Shown: positions 17,425 to 26,080 of the stretch, piece by piece | Layout: the number at the start of each line of letters is the position of its first letter | How positions within the stretch are numbered: the first letter of the stretch is position 1 | Assembly (NCBI GenBank): GCA_022825065.1 | Contig: JAJDYR010000018.1 | Span: 33,606-97,605 of the forward strand | Source of the DNA: a bacterium | GTDB taxonomy: Bacteria; UBA8248 | DNA length: 64,000 bases | Direction: 5' to 3' | Program-made: the position numbers and the translations under genes | Notes under the pieces: generated by a model | The model's database searches: none | The model's input: only the letters and a program-made list of their open reading frames with translations | Told to the model about the DNA's origin: nothing

Positions 17425-19284
17425 ATGATGATGGAACGCAAGCCGGAATCCCGCCGCAAGTTGATAAAGGCGGGCGATTTCATTCGTGTCGGCGCACTGG
17501 ATGAGCTCAAGCGCGAGCGCATGAAAGTGGTGAGCGGCCGGCGCCATCCCATCCTCGTGGTGTATGAGGGGGGCCGCGTTCACGCGCTCGACAACCGCTG
17601 TCCCCATCTCGGCTTCCCGCTCCACCGGGGGTCGGTGGAGAACGGCATCCTCACCTGCCACTGGCATCACGCCCGCTTCGATCTCGAGAGCGGCTGCACC
17701 TTCGATCTGTGGGCCGACGACGTGCCGAGGGCCAGGGTCGAGGTGCGGGGCGATGCGGTCTGGGTCGCGGCCGATTGCAGTTATCCCGACGAGGGCGACT
17801 ACTGGCGCACGCGGCTCGGCGACGCCATGGCGCACGACCTGGACCTGGTGTCCGGGAAGGCGGTGCTCGGCCTGCTCGATCGATCCGTTGCAAGCGCCGA
17901 TATCCTCGCCGACGCCTTCCTGTTCGGCGCGCGGAACCGCGACGACTGGAGCGCCGGTTCCACGATTCTGGCCGCGCTGGCGAACGTGCTGCCGGCCCTC
18001 GATGAGGACGACCGCTATCTCGCGCTGTTCAAGGGCATCTCCGAGGTGGCCGGCGACTGCGCCGGCGAGATGCCGCGCCGCGACCGCAAGCCCCTGGCCG
18101 ATGCCGCGCCGTCGCGGGACACCATGCGGGGCTGGCTCCGGCACTGGTCCCTGGTGCGCCACCGCGACGGCGCGGAGCGCACCGTGCTCACCGCGATCGC
18201 CGCCGGCGCGACGCCCGCGGAACTCGCCGAACTCCTGGTCACCGCACAGACCGATCGCTACTACGCCGATCGCGGCCACAGCCTCGATTTCATCAACAAG
18301 GCGATGGAGTGCCTCGACGCCATCGGCTGGCGGCACGCCGGGGCCATCCTGCCCACGGTGGTCAAGACCATGGTGGCGGCGCGCGGCGAGGAGGAGGCGA
18401 ACGCCTGGCGCCACCCGCTCGATCTGGTGCCCCTCCTGGAGGCGGCCTTCGCCGAATTGCCTGAGCTTTTCAGGAAGGGGGGAGAGGCGAAGGGCGTCTG
18501 GCGGGATCACCGCGCGCTGGCCGGGGCCATCCTCGGCGAGGAGGCCGGGCCCATCATCGCCGCCTTGGGCGCCGCAGTCGCCGCCGGCGCCCGGCCGACG
18601 GACCTCTCCCGCGCGCTCGCCTATGCGGCGGCGATCCGCGTGGCGCGATTCGGCGCCTCGAACGAGTTTTCCGACTGGAACGCGGCGCTTCACGCCTTCA
18701 CCTACGCCAACGCGTTGCATCAGGCTCTGAAGCGCATCACCGCGGCGGGGGAGGCGCCGCCCGAGGCCCAGGCCAACGTGGTGCGCGGCGTGTTCCACGG
18801 CGCCATGGCGGTCTATACGAACCGCTTTCTCAACGTGCCCCCGGCCCGGCTGCCGGAGGAGGAGCCTGCGGCGCTGGCCCGGCTCCCCGGGGACGCGGCG
18901 GCGCTCCGCCAGGGCCTGCTCGATACGATGGACCGCCAGCAGCAGGTCCAGCCGGCGGCGCGGCTGGTCGCCCGGTATTTGGACCAGGGCCACGACCCCG
19001 CAGGCATCATCGCGACGCTCGGCCATGCGCTCCTGCGCGAGGACGCGAGCTTTCACATGTTCCAGATGTACGAGGCGGGCGTGCAGCAGTACCGCGAGTG
19101 GGCGGGTGAGCCCGAAGGCGGCCACATTCTGATCGCCGTGGCCCGCTTTCTCGCCGCGCATTCCCCGACCCAGCGCGCCCGCCACCAGACCGCGACCATC
19201 GCCCGCCGGCTGCATCGCGGGGAGAGCGTGCATGAGGGAGAGGGCGGGGACGCGGCGGACATGGAAAGAGAGCAGGCCGGGTAG
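17425..19284 (+). CDS. Rieske [2Fe-2S] domain protein with large C-terminal all-alpha domain of unknown function
   Basis: CPHLGFPLHRG...(17 aa)...CHWHHARF is the Rieske CxH-x17-CxxH motif. The gene is ~72% GC, clearly higher than its neighbours. The antisense ORF 17107..19380 (-) is judged spurious. Confidence 0.7.
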   Translation: MMMERKPESRRKLIKAGDFIRVGALDELKRERMKVVSGRRHPILVVYEGGRVHALDNRCPHLGFPLHRGSVENGILTCHWHHARFDLESGCTFDLWADDVPRARVEVRGDAVWVAADCSYPDEGDYWRTRLGDAMAHDLDLVSGKAVLGLLDRSVASADILADAFLFGARNRDDWSAGSTILAALANVLPALDEDDRYLALFKGISEVAGDCAGEMPRRDRKPLADAAPSRDTMRGWLRHWSLVRHRDGAERTVLTAIAAGATPAELAELLVTAQTDRYYADRGHSLDFINKAMECLDAIGWRHAGAILPTVVKTMVAARGEEEANAWRHPLDLVPLLEAAFAELPELFRKGGEAKGVWRDHRALAGAILGEEAGPIIAALGAAVAAGARPTDLSRALAYAAAIRVARFGASNEFSDWNAALHAFTYANALHQALKRITAAGEAPPEAQANVVRGVFHGAMAVYTNRFLNVPPARLPEEEPAALARLPGDAAALRQGLLDTMDRQQQVQPAARLVARYLDQGHDPAGIIATLGHALLREDASFHMFQMYEAGVQQYREWAGEPEGGHILIAVARFLAAHSPTQRARHQTATIARRLHRGESVHEGEGGDAADMEREQAG

Positions 19285-19292
19285 GGCAGACC

Positions 19293-19448
19293 GTAGGGAC
19301 AGGCCTCCGTGCCTGTCCGGGGCCGTGTATCCGTGTATTGAATCGATTGCAGAGGGGGACCCATAGGGCAGGGCGGCCACGGAGGGCCGCCCCTACGGGT
19401 TCGTTGTGATTTTGCGGTTTGTAGGGACAGGTCGCGACCTGTCCGGGG
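19293..19448. repeat. Composite REP-like cluster
   Basis: Units: gtagggacaggcctccgtgcctgtccgggg; agggcagggcggccacggagggccgcccctac; gtagggacaggtcgcgacctgtccgggg. Same composite architecture as the clusters flanking hicBA. Confidence 0.65.
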
Positions 19449-19464
19449 TTCGGCGTGTCCGCTG

Positions 19465-19600
19465 GATTGGTCGGAAAACCAACCCCCCCTACCCCCCCTT
19501 GTCAGGGGGGTATAAAAAGGCGATACGCCCCCGCAGGGTTGAGGGGGTTTTGCTTTTTCTTGCCCCCCTGTTAAGGGGGGGTAGGGGGGGTTGGTTTTCA
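19465..19600. repeat. MITE-like inverted-repeat element, copy D
   Basis: Terminal inverted repeats with GAAAACCAACCCCCCC / GGGGGGGTTGGTTTTC extensions. Confidence 0.8.
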
Positions 19601-19942
19601 AGGCGGGGAGGCGAGCGCGTCCGGTCAAGAAAAAAAGGGCCGACACCCCTCGAAGGGCTGCTTTCAGGGGTTGTTGAAAAACCCCCGAGTGTGGGAACTG
19701 CTGCGACACATTCCCCGAGGTGCAGGCCGAGTCGGGGTGTCGGCTGCTTTCATGAAACGCGAACAGGGGCTGCCCGTTGTTCCCGTTCCCGGCTCGAGGA
19801 CTCAAACTCACAGCAAGGAGCGGTACAGTTTGCTCTATCACGAGGGAAGCAACCAACGGGCAACCCCCTTTTCGCTCTTTCCTTCATCTCGCCTTGGACC
19901 CCGGGGCTAGAGCCCCGAGGCCGAAGGCATTCTGCTCTTCTT

Positions 19943-22498
19943 CTATTCCTTCATGTAGCGCGTGCCGAATGCGCCGGCTACTGCGCCATTAGAGAAATTC
20001 GAGTTGAACTCACCCACCAGAACTGGGGGCGGTGCTACACCAGTTCCAACAGCCTCACCATCACCGGAGAATGTCCCCGACCAAGTGGACGTATCAGATG
20101 CCATGCCCTTTGATGTTCCGGTAATGCTGGCAGAACTAAGAACACCAGATGCGGTCGCCATGGTTACTTCCCACTCGTTGGCCTCTCCGCCTGATAGTTC
20201 AAAGTCCGAAATTGTCCCATGCACGGAATTGTGTTTGTCTGCGGCCACGGAAGTCTCTGCCCCGAAATAAGCCGTAAGGGCTACGTCCGCCGTGAACGTT
20301 CCTGCAGACCTGGCATCAAGAGAATTATCTGGATTCACGGTGTTGTAAACGTATACTCCGTGAGCGCCACCTTCATATTTCGCGCTTCCAGCTACAACAC
20401 TTCCTATATTCGTATTAGCGTCAAGACTTGAACCAGCGAAAGTCTGAACGGCATCGTAGGTGGTTTTGCCATCCTTGACGGTTTTCATGAGCCAGAAGCC
20501 ATAGTGCAGGTAATCATCATCCGCTACGGATACCATGGCCCCTGCGTCTGGCTTGAACTGCCATTCGCCCGTAATAGTGGTTATTTTCCCGTCCGCGTCG
20601 GTGACTGCCGTACAAGCGGCATTCACACATTCGAATGTTCCAGCCGCACCATCAAAAGTTCCCCTAAACTCACCTTCATTTCTATTTTCGGTTGTAGTGT
20701 CATCAGCAGGCAAGTTTGTGGTAGTAGTAGGCGCACTTGATATTCTGCTGGAAGCTACCTTGCCCACATCCGCCGTTTCGTCCAATTCATATGTGGTGCG
20801 TTGGTCACCAGTCCTCTCTGGGTCAGCGTCTCCCACCGTAAGAGTATACACAGAACTAAACGGCTCTGATTCAGGCGCCTCAATATCTGTCATGACACTT
20901 ACTATTTCTGAAACTCCTTTTCCGTTATCACGGACATACTTACCGTCCATCATCACGAACTTGGGGTCATTTTTCAGTGGCAAGGCAGGGTCCGTAACTT
21001 CTACCGATACAGAACCACTTTTATGAGAAATCTTCAGGGTATATTGATCGGCGGCATCAGTATCATCGAATGCCGGCGAGGTGGCGTCAGGCGTGGCGGT
21101 TGATTCAGCCGTTATGGCATCCGCTTTAGTCTTGACCATTTCATTCATAGCCTTTTTCGCAGCCGCCGCTTCCTCCATTTCTTCTTCTTCACGCCTCTTT
21201 TCTTCAGCTACTCTATCGGCCTCTTCCTTGGCGGCTACAACCATTCCGGCGAAACGCTCAACCGCAGCTTTTGCGGTCTCGGCTTTAGCCTGGGCGGCTT
21301 CCGCGTCAGCCGATGTAGTGGCGGCCGCGGCTTCATCGTTCGCGGCTTTCGCGTCCGCGACGGCATCTTCCGCCCGCGCGTAAGAGGCTTCGTCAGCAGC
21401 TTTCTGCTCATCCGTGAGGGCCGCAAGCGCCGCCTTCGCGTCCATGTACGCCTGCATGGCGGCCCCCTGCGCGGTCGAGAGCGCGGTCGCTTCCATGTGC
21501 GCGACCGTCACCATGCTAGCGTATTTCCTGGCATCGGCCAGCGCGCTTTCGGCGGCCATCTGGGCGGCTTCCGCATCCGCCGCTGTTTCGGCATTTTCCG
21601 CCCTTACTTTCGCGGCAAGCGCGTCCTCGAGAGCTCTCATGGCTATGTTGTAAGAAACGGAGTCGGCATCGCCTTGGCCCGCGATTGCATCCAGTGCAGC
21701 CTGCGCGGCATTAGCGGCCACTTCCGCGGCACCACGAGCGACTCTTATAGCGGACATTTCGGCCGCCAGATTGTCGGCAGCCGTTTTCGCGTCCGCTACC
21801 ATGTCGGCGTATCTCTGGACATCTGCGAGCGCGGCTTCCACGTCCGCCTGGGCAGCCTTCGCGGCTTCCGATGTGGTTGCCGCGTTCGCCATTGCGAGTG
21901 CTTCTTGAGCGGCCTCGTTCGCGACCTTGGCTCTCACGTATGAGTCGATGTCATGGGCTTTATTCGCCTCTGCGTCCGCCAATAAACTGGCCGCCATATC
22001 GGCCGCAGTCTTTGCGGCTTGCTTGGCGGTATCGAGCGCCATGGCTTCTTGCTGCCGATCCATTTCTGCCTGATCGGCCGCGGTCTTCGCGTCCGCTACC
22101 ATGCCGGCATACTTTTCAGCATCCGCTTGGGCCGCTTCTGCTTTCGCCTGCTCCGCCTTCGCAGCTTCCGATGTGGTTGCGGCTGCGGCCGCGTCACTCG
22201 CGGCTTTCGCGGCCGTGAGAGCGATTCGGGCTGCAGCATATGAGTCTGGATCGACACTCGCATCCGCCATCACGCCATCGACCGCCGTCATGGCAGCCGT
22301 ATACGCCGCCTTGGCGGCATTCTGCGCGGCTTCGAGAGCGGCGGCCTCGGCCGCGATCTCCTCATCCGTCGGGCCGGTCATCGGCGGTTCTGCCGTTCCG
22401 CTACCTCCGCCGCCGCCGCAGCCCGCCAGCGTCAGCGCGAACACGGCCGCCAGCGCGAAAGCGTAGAACTTGTGAATATACTTGTGTTTGAACTTCAT
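19943..22498 (-). CDS. Surface lipoprotein with Ala-rich internally repeated coiled-coil region and TbpB-like C-terminal beta-barrel domain
   Basis: Lipobox LTLAGC after the signal peptide. ~4 internal repeats of ~100 aa (TTSEAAKA..EKYAGMVADAKTAAD), also visible as DNA repeats at ~21700-21850 and ~22020-22160. C-terminal 300 aa is Gly/Ser/Thr-rich and ends ...GEFNSNFSNGAVAGAFGTRYMKE, like TbpB/fHbp-type handle-barrel lipoprotein C-termini. The 3' third of the gene is ~50% GC against ~65% locally. Confidence 0.75.
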   Translation of the reverse strand: MKFKHKYIHKFYAFALAAVFALTLAGCGGGGGSGTAEPPMTGPTDEEIAAEAAALEAAQNAAKAAYTAAMTAVDGVMADASVDPDSYAAARIALTAAKAASDAAAAATTSEAAKAEQAKAEAAQADAEKYAGMVADAKTAADQAEMDRQQEAMALDTAKQAAKTAADMAASLLADAEANKAHDIDSYVRAKVANEAAQEALAMANAATTSEAAKAAQADVEAALADVQRYADMVADAKTAADNLAAEMSAIRVARGAAEVAANAAQAALDAIAGQGDADSVSYNIAMRALEDALAAKVRAENAETAADAEAAQMAAESALADARKYASMVTVAHMEATALSTAQGAAMQAYMDAKAALAALTDEQKAADEASYARAEDAVADAKAANDEAAAATTSADAEAAQAKAETAKAAVERFAGMVVAAKEEADRVAEEKRREEEEMEEAAAAKKAMNEMVKTKADAITAESTATPDATSPAFDDTDAADQYTLKISHKSGSVSVEVTDPALPLKNDPKFVMMDGKYVRDNGKGVSEIVSVMTDIEAPESEPFSSVYTLTVGDADPERTGDQRTTYELDETADVGKVASSRISSAPTTTTNLPADDTTTENRNEGEFRGTFDGAAGTFECVNAACTAVTDADGKITTITGEWQFKPDAGAMVSVADDDYLHYGFWLMKTVKDGKTTYDAVQTFAGSSLDANTNIGSVVAGSAKYEGGAHGVYVYNTVNPDNSLDARSAGTFTADVALTAYFGAETSVAADKHNSVHGTISDFELSGGEANEWEVTMATASGVLSSASITGTSKGMASDTSTWSGTFSGDGEAVGTGVAPPPVLVGEFNSNFSNGAVAGAFGTRYMKE

Positions 22499-23040
22499 TT
22501 AGTGAGTCCTCCTGAATACATAGAAAAAGGGATTTTCAGTGAATTTCCGGCTTTCTCCGATTAACCTCCTTTCCTTCTCGATATACGGGCCTTCACAAAC
22601 TGGTCATTCGTATTTCGGGCCGCCCGGAGGACGGCGGACTTGCGGCCTCATCGTCCGGGCTGGTATGAACTCTTTCCGCGACACACGAATTCCTGAGGTA
22701 TGCGCGCACCTTTCTTTGGTCTCCTAAGGCGAGCGGTCTGCCCGCCGCTAATTGTCGTTACGGGACGCCGGAAGCCCCGTTCTCCGCCGGGAGAGCCGTT
22801 CCGGGGCGCGCGCGGGCCGCGAATGAGCGAAAAAAGACGGAAAACGGCGCCCGAAAACTCCTCCCGGGACCCCGGAATTGCGCTTGACATGGTTTTGAGA
22901 GGTGTTATATTGTCTGATAACGACAATTATCGGATATCAAGAAGCCATTTCGGTCATAACCGGCCGCCGCCGTCATGCCTGCGTCGGACATAGATGCGGA
23001 TGACGGCCCTTCATGTATCGCTGAACCCCGGCATGACGAT

Positions 23041-23200
23041 TGAAAGCCGCAGCCGCCGTAGGGGCCGTTCGTGAACGGCCCTTGTCGGAGAAGCGGGCGG
23101 TTCGCGAACCGCCCCTACGGGTTCGTTGCGATTTGCGTGGTTGTTGTAGGGACAGGCCTCCGTGCCTGTCCGGGGTCGCGACCTGTCCGAGGCCCCCGCG
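23041..23200. repeat. Composite REP-like cluster (left direct repeat flanking hicBA)
   Basis: gtaggggccgttcgtgaacggcccttgtcggagaagcgggcggttcgcgaaccgcccctacgggttcgttgcgatttgcgtggttgttgtagggacaggcctccgtgcctgtccgggg. Near-identical composite recurs at 23885-24030 in the same orientation. Confidence 0.7.
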
Positions 23201-23389
23201 CCTGTTCTTGCGATTCCGCAACCGCAGATGGCCGTCATTGTGATACACTCTGCCGCAGACGTGGATCGGCGGCTCCTGAATGATCGTCGTGTAGAGCCGC
23301 CGTATAAGTTCGGACGAACGCTTGAGGGCCGGGCCCTGGAGGTGAAGATTGCTGAATTTGCCCGATGTCGAGCGTAGGGAGGGGAACCC

Positions 23390-23593
23390 GTGAAACTCAA
23401 GGTAGTCGTTCACGAGGCGGAAGAAGGTGGATATTGGGCCGAGGTCCCGGCTGTTCCAGGGTGTGCGACGCAGGGAGATACGTTCGAGGAGTTGTTGAGC
23501 AATCTCTACGAGGCGGTCGAAGGGTGCCTCTCCGTGGACGTCCAGGAGGTGGACGTTTCGGGCGCGGGCAGGGTCGTCGAGATCGCCGTGTGA
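23390..23593 (+). CDS. hicB: Type II toxin-antitoxin system HicB-family antitoxin (UPF0150-like)
   Basis: MKLKVVVHEAEEGGYWAEVPAVPGCATQGDTFEELLSNLYEAVEGCL matches the HicB N-terminal RNase H-like domain pattern (V.EPEEGGY.V..P.LPGC.TQGDT.EEAL.N..EAIE). Confidence 0.8.
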   Translation: MKLKVVVHEAEEGGYWAEVPAVPGCATQGDTFEELLSNLYEAVEGCLSVDVQEVDVSGAGRVVEIAV

Positions 23594-23796
23594 AAATCGT
23601 CAGTGGAAAGCGCTTTTGCCGCATACTGGAAGCGAAGGGCTGGAAACTGGCGCGCACCCGCGGCAGTCACCGCATTTACGCGAAACGGGGTTCGGACATC
23701 CGCATCTCGGTGCCGGTGCATGGCGAAGCGTCGCTCAAACGCGGCTTGCAGAGGCATCTCATGAAGCTGGCGGATATCAAGGATTCCGAACTGTAG
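23590..23796 (+). CDS. hicA: Type II toxin-antitoxin system HicA-family mRNA interferase toxin
   Basis: GTG start overlaps the hicB stop (GTGA). VKIVSGKRFCRILEAKGWKLARTRGSHRIYAKRGSDIRISVPVHGEASLKRGLQRHLMKLADI matches the HicA/YcfA consensus (G.E..K.L...GW.L.R..GSH....). It is the C-terminal part of track ORF 23365..23796. Confidence 0.8.
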   Translation: MKIVSGKRFCRILEAKGWKLARTRGSHRIYAKRGSDIRISVPVHGEASLKRGLQRHLMKLADIKDSEL

Positions 23797-23884
23797 GCCA
23801 GGAGCAAGGACGACGCAATATATCCACCCTTATCGGCCCTGGCCAACCTGTTGGTTGTCACCGACATTCACCGGAATGACGAAC

Positions 23885-24030
23885 AAACGTCGCAGCCACC
23901 GTAGGGGCGGTTCGCGAACCGCCCTTGCCGGAGAAACGGGCGCTTCACGAAGCGCCCCTACGGGTTCGTTGCGATTTGCGTGGTTTCTGTAGGGACAGGT
24001 CGCGACCTGTCCAGGGTCTCTGCGCCTGTC
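23885..24030. repeat. Composite REP-like cluster (right direct repeat flanking hicBA)
   Basis: gtaggggcggttcgcgaaccgcccttgccggagaaacgggcgcttcacgaagcgcccctacgggttcgttgcgatttgcgtggtttctgtagggacaggtcgcgacctgtccaggg. Confidence 0.7.
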
Positions 24031-24044
24031 GAAGGGGACGCCCG

Positions 24045-24215
24045 AAAACCAACCCCCCCTACCCCCCCTTGTCAGGGGGGTATGAAAAAGCGACACCCCA
24101 GCGAAGGGAAAAAGCGACACCCCGGCGAAGGGGGAAAAGAAAAGAAGGTCCCCCCGACAGGGGGGAGCAAAAAAAGACCCCCCTGACAAGGGGGGGTAGG
24201 GGGGGTTGCCTTTAT
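24045..24215. repeat. MITE-like inverted-repeat element, copy E (1.5-copy variant)
   Basis: Left arm, then a spacer with an extra half-arm (ccccccgacaggggggagcaaaaaaagacccccctgacaagggggggtagggggggttgcctttatc). Confidence 0.8.
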
Positions 24216-24247
24216 CCCTTGTTAAGGGCGGCCACGGAGGGCCGCCC

Positions 24248-25501
24248 CTACGCCTCCGGCGCGGTCGCCGCCTCCACTTCGGCCGGATGAATCTCGGCGA
24301 AGGAATGATCCCTGGTCCGCCCGTCCGCTTCGAAATCGATGATCTCGGTCTCGCCGATGACCCTGTCGATCATCTCCCGGACGGGCAGGCGCGATTCCAG
24401 CCCGCGCAGGTGGCCCGCGTGGGAGCGGATGGCGGGGTGCTTGGGGACGAACAGCGAGCAGCAGTCCTGGTCGGGCTCGATGGAAATCTCGAACGTGCCG
24501 AGCGCTTTCGCCCCCTCGATAATCTCGTCCTTGTCCATGCCGATCAGGGGCCTCAGGATCGGCATCCGCACCGCGTCCTCGATGGTGGCCAGGTTCTGGA
24601 GCGTCTGGCTCGCGACCTGTCCCAGGCTCTCGCCGGTGACGAGGGCGCGGGCGTTCTCGAACCCGGCGATTCGCTCCCCGATGCGCGTCATGAACCGGCG
24701 GTAGAGGACGACGCGGTACTCGGGCTGCGTGGCGAGGACGATCTCTTTCTGCAGGTTGCCGAACGGCACCATGTAGAGCCTGCTCCCCAGCTGGTAGCCG
24801 TTCAGAACGCCGGCCAGGTCCTTCGCCTTCTCGGCGGACGCGCGGCTGAGATAAGGCGCGCCGTGAAAGTGGATGAACACCACCTCGCAGCCGCGCTTCA
24901 TGACCCGCCAGGCGGCCAGGGGGGAGTCGATGCCGCCGGAGAGAAGCGCCGCCGCCTTTCCGAGCGAGCCTGTGGGCAGGCCGCCGGGGCCGGGGATTTT
25001 CTCGGCGTACACCCAGGCCTCTTTGGGGATCACTTCCACGTGCACCGTGAGCCCCGGGCGATCCAGGTCGACGGGCAGGTGTCTTCTGGCCTGGATCGCG
25101 GCGCCGATGGCCCTGTCCCACTCCCGCGTGCTGACGGGCGTGGCCGGGAAGGATTTCCGGGTCCGGACGCGGAAGCTTTTGGTTTTAAGAGGAGCGATCA
25201 TTTCGAGCGCCGTTTGCGCCGCCGATTCGATATCGAGCGGAACGCTTCGCGCCCGGGCGAAATAGGCGACCCCGAATACTTTCCCGAGGGCCTCGATGAG
25301 AGCGCCGGGATTTTTCAGGCCGCTCGCTTCCAGAATCAGCCTTCCCGTGCGTTTCCTGACTTTGGCTTCACAGAATAAAGAGGCCGCGCGCTCGATCCGC
25401 TTCGAAAGGCGCTCGATGAAGAGCGGACGGTTCTTCCCCTTGAGGCCGATCTCGTCGTAATGGATGAGGATCGAGACGTCTTTCGGCTCACCGGAATTCA
25501 C
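24248..25501 (-). CDS. thiI: tRNA 4-thiouridine(8) synthase
   Basis: THUMP domain plus PP-loop ATPase (SGGIDSPLAAW); typical ThiI length. Confidence 0.9.
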   Translation of the reverse strand: MNSGEPKDVSILIHYDEIGLKGKNRPLFIERLSKRIERAASLFCEAKVRKRTGRLILEASGLKNPGALIEALGKVFGVAYFARARSVPLDIESAAQTALEMIAPLKTKSFRVRTRKSFPATPVSTREWDRAIGAAIQARRHLPVDLDRPGLTVHVEVIPKEAWVYAEKIPGPGGLPTGSLGKAAALLSGGIDSPLAAWRVMKRGCEVVFIHFHGAPYLSRASAEKAKDLAGVLNGYQLGSRLYMVPFGNLQKEIVLATQPEYRVVLYRRFMTRIGERIAGFENARALVTGESLGQVASQTLQNLATIEDAVRMPILRPLIGMDKDEIIEGAKALGTFEISIEPDQDCCSLFVPKHPAIRSHAGHLRGLESRLPVREMIDRVIGETEIIDFEADGRTRDHSFAEIHPAEVEAATAPEA

Positions 25502-25875
25502 GATGTCCTCTCCAGGCGAACCTCCTCCCCCGAGCGGACGCTCAGGAAATCTTTCGGGTCGCCGCTCACTTTCCCCAGCGGGTTCACGGGGCTGGCCGCG
25601 CGGGGCGCCTCGTCCACGCTCGCAGGGGTGCGGCCGAAAAAGATGCAGAACGCGCTGCCGGGCGGCCAGTAGGCGATCTCGCCGACTTCCATCTCCTCAC
25701 GGGCGGAATCCTCAAGCTCCGCGTCCACGGGGACCTGGAAATAGATTTCCTCGCCCCAGACGTTCGCGGAGCCGGTGATCGGCAAGGCCTCCCAGAAGGC
25801 GTCCGCGGTTTCGCTCTGCGCGAGTTCCGCCTCCATGCTTACGTTGCCTGTGGTGATTCGAATTTTTCTGCTCAA
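25498..25875 (-). CDS. Cyclophilin-like fold protein (DUF3830-like)
   Basis: 125 aa. MSRKIRITTGNVSMEAEL...EIAYWPPGSAFCIFFGRTP pattern matches small cyclophilin-like DUF3830 proteins (KI.IT.G....A.L......GDI.YW.PG..L.IF.G). Confidence 0.6.
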   Translation of the reverse strand: MSRKIRITTGNVSMEAELAQSETADAFWEALPITGSANVWGEEIYFQVPVDAELEDSAREEMEVGEIAYWPPGSAFCIFFGRTPASVDEAPRAASPVNPLGKVSGDPKDFLSVRSGEEVRLERTS

Positions 25876-26080
25876 ATCAAGAACTCTCCGGGTGGTTGGA
25901 CAATCGCCCTGTTTCTGGCAACATAGCCGAGCTTCGTCTTGAGGAAAAGGGGCGATTCATCGTCCCGGCGTCCATGGGCCTCCTCGATGGATGGAGTTGC
26001 TTTCGTGCGCGGCTATCGGGGACAATGTTCGAAAGAACGAAAACCCGGCGGCAGCGTATCTCTCGCAAGTCGGAGATGGG

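Noticed and set aside
17107-19380. 757-aa ORF antisense to the Rieske gene; similar long antisense or overlapping ORFs at 519..1544(+), 2017..3267(+), 26105..27490(-), 30630..32546(-), 37813..40089(-), 55080..56738(-)
   Set aside because: Products of very high GC content (few stop codons in any frame). Their translations are low-complexity Arg/Gly/Pro/Ala-rich with no domain motifs. The opposite-strand genes have clear conserved motifs.
19900-19927. GC hairpin ccccggggctagagccccgagg as terminator of the lipoprotein gene
   Set aside because: Not followed by a T-tract on the relevant strand; evidence too weak to call.
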